Shown here in pieces: positions 56,105 through 63,160 of a DNA stretch of 64,000 nucleotides. The stretch's first letter is position 1, and each line of letters opens with the position of its first letter. Under the pieces are notes generated by a model. It did no database searches and was not told the origin of the DNA. It saw nothing but the letters and a program-made list of their open reading frames with translations. The stretch comes from Dehalococcoidia bacterium (GTDB taxonomy: Bacteria > Chloroflexota > Dehalococcoidia > Bin125): contig CAXXSR010000002.1 in the NCBI GenBank assembly GCA_963662615.2, positions 64,001-128,000 of the forward strand, given 5' to 3'. Made by a program: the position numbers and the translations under genes.

Positions 56105-56171
56105 TCGCGTCCGCGAAGTTCAGCGGGTGGAGCGAGACGCGGGTGTCCTGATGCTTCCCGTCGTGTGCCAT
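55977..56171 (-). CDS. Small convergent ORF overlapping the transposase 3' end
   Basis: SLHPLNFADAIKKLI helical motif; resembles short ORFs recalled from IS1595 ends (not verified). Confidence 0.45.
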   Translation of the reverse strand: MAHDGKHQDTRVSLHPLNFADAIKKLIRAPKRPPAPDAPDTTPADQSPAQAAPETAPRPLSDDD

Positions 56172-56206
56172 AGCGCCTGATCAGTTCCTGCTCTCCAACG
56201 GACATG

Positions 56207-56253
56207 CCACGATATGACCGCGGTCACTACCGCGCAACCACTATATGTTGGGG
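56207..56253. promoter_or_regulatory. Tandem NrdR-box-like operators
   Basis: CCACGATATGACCGCG (56207) and CCACTATATGTTGGGG (56238), starts 31 bp apart. Confidence 0.45.
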
Positions 56254-56315
56254 TCCATCTTCATAAGGGGGTTATCTCCCTAGTAGAAAGCCCTAAACTG
56301 GCCCTTAACCAGAAC

Positions 56316-56594
56316 CGCCCGCTTGTGGCGGGCGACCGGCGGACTCACACGGCTGGGGACCACGACAATCCCTAGCTTACGCAGCCCGTCGATCCCCGTC
56401 AAGCGCGAGCTTTTGGCTATGTCTCGCCATTTTCCGGCGCAAGCCGGCTGGTCGTCTCCTACATGGTGGGAGGCGAAAACTGACCCGGAAGGTCGCCGCT
56501 CAGTGAGTGGGGCAAGCGACCTTCCGGGCCCCTGGAGGTGATATATGGCGCGATACCCCGTCGCGTCGATAGAACGGTAGGCCCCTCAGGGGCC
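56316..56594 (+). ncRNA. Candidate structured RNA or leader in the IS cargo
   Basis: Eight consecutive stem-loops, including a GCAA tetraloop and a perfect 13-bp stem (56484-56496/56516-56528); family not recognised. Confidence 0.45.
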
Positions 56595-56661
56595 AACGCT
56601 ACTACTGAACCTTGGCAAGGCCCAGGGCTCTGGATTGTACATAACTCAGCAAAGGAATGCT

Positions 56662-56970
56662 ATGCCTATCAACAGCGATCGCTACGCCTTCACCCCGGAA
56701 AACATCGAGCTGGCCCCGAACGACGCTGGCGTTTATCAGTTGGAAGACGCTGGCGGCATTACCTATATCGGGCGTGCGGCGGGACGGACTGTCACGATCC
56801 ATAGTCGTCTACGGGACCACCAGAGCGGGCGAGAAGGACCGTGCACTCAGGTAGCGACGCATTACCGCCGTGATGTGACCAATCAGGCCGCTGACCGAGA
56901 GGAGAAGCTGCTAGAGGAGCACTTACGGCAACACCGGCGGTTGCCCCGCTGCAACGATGTGATGCCGTAG
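56662..56970 (+). CDS. Stand-alone minimal GIY-YIG nuclease (102 aa)
   Basis: AP...GVYQL.....ITYIGRA...I.SRLRDH...REE.LL....LP.CN; AAAGGA RBS. Confidence 0.85.
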   Translation: MPINSDRYAFTPENIELAPNDAGVYQLEDAGGITYIGRAAGRTVTIHSRLRDHQSGREGPCTQVATHYRRDVTNQAADREEKLLEEHLRQHRRLPRCNDVMP

Positions 56971-56976
56971 CTGGAC

Positions 56977-57207
56977 TCACTTGATCCAGGTTGCGCGACA
57001 GAGGCCGGTGAGGGCAGTACCTGAGCCGGCCTCTTCGCCATCTCGATCGAAAACAAACTCGCGATTGCCGAGGGACAGGTCGCCGTACACGCGCAGACGG
57101 CTCGTCCCGTCCTCAACAGTCTCGAACTGGAAGCTGAGGCCCGACACCGGGTCCTCGATCATCTGCTCCTTGACCGTCCACGGGCGGCCACCGGGCTTTA
57201 TCGGCAT
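56977..57207 (-). CDS. Small hypothetical IS passenger protein (76 aa)
   Basis: GAGGTGG RBS upstream; convergent with the GIY-YIG gene (6-nt gap); beta-rich sequence. Confidence 0.6.
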   Translation of the reverse strand: MPIKPGGRPWTVKEQMIEDPVSGLSFQFETVEDGTSRLRVYGDLSLGNREFVFDRDGEEAGSGTALTGLCRATWIK

Positions 57208-57500
57208 GACCCACCTCGCCCGTCCACACCCGCCGCGCCACTCAAACGTGAGCGGCTCCTATGGTCAAGACCACCACCACCGCGTTGACATCGCGTCTCA
57301 TCCATAGTACGTCCGTTCAGGTGTGTCTAATGCTCAATTACCCGGAGAGCGATATTACAACCGCTTTTGGCGTATCACCAGATGGCGGGTGGCTGAAACG
57401 GGGGGCTGGGGCCAGCAGATGGACAGGGTGAGGACAGGGGAGGGACACGGAGAGGCAGGCAGGGGACAGGGATCGGGCGGGGTCGGGACGGGGAGGGGAC

Positions 57501-57620
57501 AGGTCACTGCGTGCCGGGTCACTGCGTGACGGCCCGGTGGGGGATGGGTCACTGCGTGCCGGGTCACTGCGTGACAGCCCGCTGGGGGACGGGTCACTGC
57601 GTGACGGCCCGCTGGGGAAC
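57501..57620. repeat. 8 x 15-nt array of two unit types, with palindromic core GTCAC-TGC-GTGAC
   Basis: A=gggtcactgcgtg(cc/ac), B=ggcccgctggggrac-like; order AAB AAB AB. Confidence 0.9.
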
Positions 57621-57699
57621 GGCGATGGCTCCCTTACTCGTCTGTTCCGCTGCGGTCCGAGTTTAGCCATCCCTCCGAGATGGCTCGTTCGCGGGTGAC

Positions 57700-57864
57700 T
57701 CAACAGCCCGGATCGCCGTAGCGGCCGCAGCAGTTCTGGCGCCTGCGGGGGCGGTACGACCAGTTGACGAGCATGCGTTTGAGGTCAGCCGGGGAGCGGA
57801 CGCGGCGCATGTTCGTGACGGCGTCGCGGAGGGAGGGGCGCAGGCTGGGAGCGTCGTCGCACAT
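57700..57864 (-). CDS. 54-aa protein with C-terminal CCGRYGDPGC motif
   Basis: Manual translation MCDDAPSLRPSLRDAVTNMRRVRSPADLKRMLVNWSYRPRRRQNCCGRYGDPGC*; below the ORF-track length cut-off. Confidence 0.6.
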   Translation of the reverse strand: MCDDAPSLRPSLRDAVTNMRRVRSPADLKRMLVNWSYRPRRRQNCCGRYGDPGC

Positions 57865-57981
57865 GGGGTTGTTATTTCTCGGTTCGCCCTGCGACTTTTT
57901 CGCCCGCGCTCGCGACTCGTCTGGTCCCGCCCGGCGTGCGTGTCCGCTCGCGCCGGGGCTTGATGATCGGGGCGATGTCGG

Positions 57982-58043
57982 CGCCGTTCGCCCCTTCGAC
58001 AGGCTCCTTCTGCTACGCGAAGGACAGGTCAGGGTGAGCGGTG
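57982..58043. repeat. REP-like palindromic element with nested insert, overlapping the leuD stop
   Basis: CGCCGTTCGCC-CCTTCGACAGGCT[CCTTCTGCTACGCGAAGGACAGGT]CAGGGTGAGCGGTG. Confidence 0.7.
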
Positions 58044-58628
58044 GGTCGTAGGCAGAAAGGGCGGGCGCTCGACTTCGAAGGCGTCGATGTGCGCTTCCTG
58101 CTCCAGCGTGAGGTCAATCCCGTCGAGACCGTCGAGGAGGGTGTGCTTGACGAAGGGGTCGATGTCGAAGGAGCGGGACCAGCCGTCGGGCGTGGCGACG
58201 GTCTGCGCGTCGAGGTTGACGGTGATGGCGGCGTCCGGGGTGTCGAGGGCGCGACGCATCAAGTGTTCCACGTCGGCGGGGGGCAGGGCGACGGTGAGGA
58301 GGCCCATCTTGGCGCTGTTGTTGCGGAAGATGTCGGCGAAGGTGGGCGCGATCACGGCCCTGACGCCCATCTGCTGGATGGCCCAGACGGCGTGCTCCCG
58401 CGAGGAGCCGCAGCCGAAGTTCGCGCCCGCCAGCAAGATGGAGGCGCCGGCGTACTGGGGCCGGTTGAGCACGAAGTCCGGGTCCTCCCGCCACGATTCG
58501 AAGACGAAGGCGCCGTAGCCGGTGCGCTCGATGCGCTTGAGGTATTTGGCGGGGATGATCTGGTCGGTGTCGACGTCGGCGCGGTCGAGGGGGATGGCGT
58601 GGCCGGTGACGGTCGAAACGGGGTCCAT
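58029..58628 (-). CDS. leuD: 3-isopropylmalate dehydratase small subunit
   Basis: DVDTDQIIP, NFGCGSSREHAVWA, FADIFRNN, GLD.I.LTL. Confidence 0.96.
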   Translation of the reverse strand: MDPVSTVTGHAIPLDRADVDTDQIIPAKYLKRIERTGYGAFVFESWREDPDFVLNRPQYAGASILLAGANFGCGSSREHAVWAIQQMGVRAVIAPTFADIFRNNSAKMGLLTVALPPADVEHLMRRALDTPDAAITVNLDAQTVATPDGWSRSFDIDPFVKHTLLDGLDGIDLTLEQEAHIDAFEVERPPFLPTTHRSP

Positions 58629-58638
58629 ATGGCTACTC

Positions 58639-58893
58639 CTAGCCGCTTGCAGCGATACCGGATTCATCGACGCGGAGGGACCAGGTGAAGGCGCGCCGCG
58701 GCTCCGGCTCCTCCCCCAGCTCCCGGCGCGTCGCCAGCCAAGCAGCGATCGCCTCGTGAAGGTGCGTGCGCAGCTCGTCCAACGTCTCAGCCTGCGCGAC
58801 GCAGCCGGGCAGGTCAGTTACCTCGGCCCAGTAGCCACCCTCCTCCGCCTCGTACACGGCGACGGTGTAGGCGGTGTCATCGTTCGTCGTCAT
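58639..58893 (-). CDS. hicB: HicB-family antitoxin (short, no DNA-binding domain)
   Basis: Y.V.VYEAEEGGYWAEV.DLPGC..Q.ETLDEL...L.EAI..WL. Confidence 0.88.
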   Translation of the reverse strand: MTTNDDTAYTVAVYEAEEGGYWAEVTDLPGCVAQAETLDELRTHLHEAIAAWLATRRELGEEPEPRRAFTWSLRVDESGIAASG

Positions 58894-59105
58894 CGTGCGT
58901 CCGCAAACTGCTCTGGTGTCACACCGGCGCGCCGAATGAGACGGTGAAGCAAACTGATCTTCAGCGTACCAGTCGGGATAGCGAGGAGCGCCCCGTTAGG
59001 CATCGTCACCATTCGGTAGTTCTTCCTCGTTCGCCGTTCCACGCCGCCCAACCCCACGAAGGCCGTGACCGCCTGCTCCTGGCGAACGTTGCGCAGTTGC
59101 GGCAT
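58890..59105 (-). CDS. hicA: HicA-family toxin-like protein
   Basis: MPQL.......AV.AF..LG...IP...LK..LL..LIR.AGVT.EQF; ATGA coupling to hicB; the expected GSH motif reads KNY. Confidence 0.75.
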   Translation of the reverse strand: MPQLRNVRQEQAVTAFVGLGGVERRTRKNYRMVTMPNGALLAIPTGTLKISLLHRLIRRAGVTPEQFADAR

Positions 59106-59121
59106 CGATAGTTCGAGGGCG

Positions 59122-60528
59122 CTAGCCCCACTCGCGGACGTCAACGAAGTGGCCGGCGATGGCGGCGGCGGCGGCCATGGGCGGGCTGACGAGGTGGGTG
59201 CGGCCGCCCTTGCCCTGACGGCCCTCAAAGTTGCGGTTGGAGGTGGAGGCGCAGCGCTCGCCCGGCTGGAGGATGTCCGGGTTCATGCCCAAGCACATGG
59301 AGCAGCCGGCCTCACGCCAGTCGAAGCCGGCGTCGCGGAAGATGTCGGCGAGGCCTTCGGCCTCGGCCTGCTGCTTCACCAAGCCGGAGCCCGGCACGAC
59401 CATGGCGCGGACGGTGGGGGCGACGCGCTTTCCCGCCACGACGGCGGCGGCGGCGCGCAGGTCCTCCACGCGGGCGTTGGTGCAGGAGCCGATGAAGACG
59501 CGGTCCAGGGGGATATCGGCAATGGGCGTTCCGGTACGAAGGTCCTGGTACTTGAGGGCGCGGTGAGCGGTCTCGCGGGTGGCGCGGTCCGGCATCGCCT
59601 CCGGGTCCGGCACGGCCCCGGTGACGGGGACACTTTGGGCCGGGTTCGTCCCCCAGGTGACAAAGGGCACGATCTCGTCGCCACCGATGACGACTTCCTT
59701 GTCGAAGGTGGCGCCGTCGTCCGTGGGGAGCTGTCGCCAAGCAGCGAGGGCGGCGTCCCATTGCCCGTCCTGGGGGGCGAAGGGGCGGCCGCGAACGTAG
59801 TCGAAGGTGGTCTCGTCGGGCGCGACGAGGCCGGCGCGGGCGCCGCCCTCAATGGTCATGTTGCAGACGGTCATGCGCCCTTCCATGGAGAGGCTGCGGA
59901 TCACGTCGCCGTGGTATTCGATGACGTGGCCGGTGCCGCCGCTGACCCCGATGCGGTTGATGATGGTGAGGATGACGTCTTTGGCGGTGCAGCCGTCGGG
60001 CAGGGCGCCGGTGACCTCCACGGACATTTGCTTGACCGGCCGTTGCGCAAGCGTCTGGGTGGCGAGGACGTGCTCCACCTCCGTCGTGCCGATGCCGAAG
60101 GCGAGCGCGCCGAAGGCGCCGTGGGTGGAGGTGTGGCTGTCGCCACAGACGATGGTGAGGCCGGGCTGCGTCAGCCCCTGCTCGGGACCAATGATGTGGA
60201 CGATGCCCTGGCGCAGGTCACGGACGTCAATGAGGGGGACGCCGAAGTCGTGGCAGTTGGAACGGAGCGCTTCCACCTGTTGCTGCGCGAGGGGGTCGGC
60301 GAACGGCTCGGTGCGATTGTCGGTGGGGACGTCATGGTCGGGCACGGCAATGGTGAGATCGGGGCGGCGGACGCGGCGCCCGTTGAGCCGGAGCCCCTCG
60401 AAGGCTTGGGCGGAGGTGACCTCATGGATCAGGTGCAGGTCCACGTAGAGCAAGTCGGGGGCGCCTTGCTCGCGCCGGGCCAAGTGGCTCTCCCAGATCT
60501 TCTGGGCCAGGGTGCGCGCTTGCGGCAT
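59122..60528 (-). CDS. leuC: 3-isopropylmalate dehydratase large subunit
   Basis: [49 protein letters not shown]. Confidence 0.97.
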   Translation of the reverse strand: MPQARTLAQKIWESHLARREQGAPDLLYVDLHLIHEVTSAQAFEGLRLNGRRVRRPDLTIAVPDHDVPTDNRTEPFADPLAQQQVEALRSNCHDFGVPLIDVRDLRQGIVHIIGPEQGLTQPGLTIVCGDSHTSTHGAFGALAFGIGTTEVEHVLATQTLAQRPVKQMSVEVTGALPDGCTAKDVILTIINRIGVSGGTGHVIEYHGDVIRSLSMEGRMTVCNMTIEGGARAGLVAPDETTFDYVRGRPFAPQDGQWDAALAAWRQLPTDDGATFDKEVVIGGDEIVPFVTWGTNPAQSVPVTGAVPDPEAMPDRATRETAHRALKYQDLRTGTPIADIPLDRVFIGSCTNARVEDLRAAAAVVAGKRVAPTVRAMVVPGSGLVKQQAEAEGLADIFRDAGFDWREAGCSMCLGMNPDILQPGERCASTSNRNFEGRQGKGGRTHLVSPPMAAAAAIAGHFVDVREWG

Positions 60529-60582
60529 ACGTCAGCCTCTCGATCGCCCGCGGGCGGGTGTGGAGCTTCGCCATTTCCGAGA

Positions 60583-60630
60583 GCGCCGCTCGCTCCTTCG
60601 GCCCGTCGGCAAGCTCAGAGTGAGCGGCGC
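60583..60630. repeat. REP-like palindromic element (third copy)
   Basis: GCGCCGCTCGCT...CGGCAAGCTCAG-AGTGAGCGGCGC, with complementary ends. Confidence 0.7.
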
Positions 60631-60844
60631 AGCTGTGGGGCTGCGCGACGCGCCGAAGCGCGTCGGACTTTCATTCTAAAGGTTACGCTGGCATTCTAGC
60701 GGCTGCGCGGAACGCGCCAAGGGGGCATCGCCAGGGGGGCCAGGACGACTACAGGGGCAGGGCGGAACAGCGATCCCGCCCGGTGGCGCCATTGCGACCG
60801 TTTTGCAGCCGGCCGTCGTCGTGCAGCCCGCCGTCAGCGCGGCG

Positions 60845-62398
60845 CTAGGGGACGCGCTCTTGCCTGCTGGCCGCCTTCGCGCCGACCTTCCCGGTGAGGT
60901 AGCGGTTGACGGCGTTCATGTAGGCGCGCGCGCTGGCCACCAAGATGTCCTGGTCGGAGGCGCGCCCCGTGTAGATGACGCCCTCCACCTCAATGCGAAT
61001 GGTGACCTCGCCCTGGGCATCAAGGCCTTCCGTGGCGGCGGTGACGGCGTACTCCGTGAGCGTATCCGTCATCCCCGTGATCCCGCGGATGGTGCGATAG
61101 ATCGCGTGGACCGGGCCGCTGCCGGTCTCCGCGGCGGTGTGGATCTCGCCATCAGGGCCGCGCAGAGTGATGCTGGCGGTGGGCGTGGTGCCGGTGCCCG
61201 TGGTCACGTTGATGGACTCCAGATGCCAGGCTTCCTCGGTTTGGCCGAGGCGGTCGGCGACGATCGCTTCGAGGTCGCGGTCGTCCACGACGTCCTTGCG
61301 GTCGGCGAGATCCTGGAAGCGAAGAAAGGCGCGGTTGAACTCTTCGTCCTCGAGCTCGAAGCCCAGGTCCAGGAGGCGCGAGCGGACGCCGGCACGGCCG
61401 GAGAGCTTGCTGAGCACGAACTGGCTGCCCTCGGCCCAGCCCACTTCGTGCGGGTCCATGATCTCGTAGGTCTCACGCAGCTTGACGACGCCGTCCTGAT
61501 GGATGCCGGACTGGTGACGGAAGGCGTTGAGGCCGACGATGGCCTTGTTGGGCTGGACGTGCATGCCGGCGAACTCCTGGACCATGCGCGAGGCCGGCAC
61601 CAGGTACTTCGGTTCGACGTTGGTCTCCGCGTCCATGAAGTCTCGGCGCGTGCGGATGGCCATCACGATCTCCTCCAGGGAGGCGTTGCCGGCGCGCTCG
61701 CCGAGCCCGTTGATCGTGCACTCCACCTGGCGCGCGCCGGCGAGCACGGCGGCGAGGCTGTTGGCGCTGCTGAGGCCAAGGTCGTTGTGGCAGTGGACTG
61801 AGAGCGCGACCTTGTCCGCGCCGGGAACGTTCTCCAGGATGTCGCGAATGAAGGCCTCAAACTCTTCGGGGATGGCGTAGCCCACGGTGTCGGGAATATT
61901 GATGGTGGTGGCGCCCGCCTCAATGACCTCCTTGAGCATGCGGAGGACAAAGTCGCGGTCGGAGCGGGTGGCGTCCATGGGACTGAATTCCACGTTCTCC
62001 ACATTGGTTTTGGCGCGCGCGACCATCTCGCGCGCCTGCAGGAGGACGTCCTCGCGATCCTTGCGCAGCTGATGGGCCATGTGGATGTCGGAGCTGCTGA
62101 GGAAGACGTGGAGACGGGGCTCTTCGGCGTGGGCGATGGCGGCCCAACCCTGGTCGACGTCGTTGGGAACGGCGCGGCAGAGGGTGGCGATGGAGGTGCC
62201 GCGCACCTCCTTGGCGATACGGCTGACGGCGTCGAAGTCGGCGGGGCTGGCGGCGGCGAAGCCGGCTTCGATGCAATCGACCTGCATGCGCTCGAGCAGC
62301 TTGGCGATCTGCAGCTTCTCCTCGGCGGAGAAGCTGACGCCGGCGGCCTGCTCACCGTCGCGGAGGGTGGTGTCGAAGATCTTGACTCGATCTGGCAT
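60845..62398 (-). CDS. leuA: 2-isopropylmalate synthase
   Basis: IFDTTLRDGEQ, PDTVGY, HCHNDLG, GERAGNA.LEE, H.SGIHQDG; C-terminal regulatory domain present. Confidence 0.97.
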   Translation of the reverse strand: MPDRVKIFDTTLRDGEQAAGVSFSAEEKLQIAKLLERMQVDCIEAGFAAASPADFDAVSRIAKEVRGTSIATLCRAVPNDVDQGWAAIAHAEEPRLHVFLSSSDIHMAHQLRKDREDVLLQAREMVARAKTNVENVEFSPMDATRSDRDFVLRMLKEVIEAGATTINIPDTVGYAIPEEFEAFIRDILENVPGADKVALSVHCHNDLGLSSANSLAAVLAGARQVECTINGLGERAGNASLEEIVMAIRTRRDFMDAETNVEPKYLVPASRMVQEFAGMHVQPNKAIVGLNAFRHQSGIHQDGVVKLRETYEIMDPHEVGWAEGSQFVLSKLSGRAGVRSRLLDLGFELEDEEFNRAFLRFQDLADRKDVVDDRDLEAIVADRLGQTEEAWHLESINVTTGTGTTPTASITLRGPDGEIHTAAETGSGPVHAIYRTIRGITGMTDTLTEYAVTAATEGLDAQGEVTIRIEVEGVIYTGRASDQDILVASARAYMNAVNRYLTGKVGAKAASRQERVP

Positions 62399-62628
62399 TG
62401 GCGTACCTGTCCTTGCGTTTTTGGGGCGGGCGGCGCGCGGGAGGACCGCAGGGAGATAGCGCGGGGACGCAGACGGAAGCCGCCGCCCCGGCCGGCCGAT
62501 AGCTAGCGGGGCCGGCCAAGGACGCCACGGGCCGAGGCAGCCCGCGGGTTTTTTTCTCCATCGCGTGTGGTGTCGCGCATGAGGGCCCCATTATGGCAGA
62601 CGCGATGGGGAAATTACAGGGCTAAACC

Positions 62629-63045
62629 CTAGGGGGTCAGGCGCCGGCCCGCCGCCAGGGTCCGGTGGGTCTTGGCGACGAGCAGCAGGGCGAGGCCGAA
62701 CACGAGCAGGCCGTTGGGGACGTGCAGGATGGCGACCCAGCGGGCCTCTTCCGAGGTCAGGCTGCCCAGCAGCCACTGGATGATCCAGAGGAGCGCCAGG
62801 GCGATGGCGAGGCGGAGGACGCGGGATTCCCCGGGGAAGCGGGTGACGTATGCCAGGATTACCAGCACGACCACGAAGATCATCGATACGAAACCGAGAT
62901 CCCGGTGTGCATCGATCAGGTCGCCGTTGAACTTGTCGTAGAAGCCGCCGAAGAGGAACGCTTGCAGGATGACGAGCAGCGGGGTCAGGGAGACGAGCCA
63001 GGCGAAGGCCCGAGCGAGCTGAGGGCGTTGCGGGGATCGTTCCAT
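62629..63045 (-). CDS. Small four-TM membrane protein with two His residues
   Basis: Four hydrophobic segments; IDAH..LG and ILHVPNG. Confidence 0.7.
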   Translation of the reverse strand: MERSPQRPQLARAFAWLVSLTPLLVILQAFLFGGFYDKFNGDLIDAHRDLGFVSMIFVVVLVILAYVTRFPGESRVLRLAIALALLWIIQWLLGSLTSEEARWVAILHVPNGLLVFGLALLLVAKTHRTLAAGRRLTP

Positions 63046-63053
63046 GCGATTTT

Positions 63054-63101
63054 CTCGTTATCGCGCGTCCGCGCGGGCTCGTTATCGCGCGGCCGCGCGG
63101 G
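63054..63101. repeat. 24-nt tandem duplication just upstream of the membrane-protein gene
   Basis: ctcgttatcgcgcgtccgcgcggg / ctcgttatcgcgcggccgcgcggg. Confidence 0.85.
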
Positions 63102-63160
63102 CAGGCCCAGGCGCGGGGCGCATCGCTGGGTGACGCTCTGAAGCGGAGCGCCAGCCGTGA

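Larger units (their letters stand above)
55051..57342 (+). mobile_element. IS1595-family element with passenger genes (2292 bp)
   Basis: TIRs GGCAATTGGTTACTTGACACACCTGA (55051-55076) and reverse complement GGTAATTGAGCATTAGACACACCTGA (57317-57342), 20/26 identical; flanking direct repeat CGGAGAG at 55044-55050 and 57343-57349. Confidence 0.9.

Noticed and set aside
56200-56970. Group I intron with GIY-YIG homing endonuclease
   Set aside because: No interrupted host gene or recognisable P7 core was seen, and the ORF lacks DNA-binding modules.
57501-57620. Possible mini CRISPR array
   Set aside because: Units are 15 nt, the intervening segments are themselves repeats rather than unique spacers, and no cas genes are present.
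57338-57703. 121-aa ORF with SRSDP repeats
   Set aside because: It is low-complexity read-through of the 15-nt array that ends inside the IS TIR, with no recognisable domain.
62399-62600. Leucine attenuator or T-box upstream of leuA
   Set aside because: No Leu-rich leader peptide, T-box motif or U-tailed terminator is evident.
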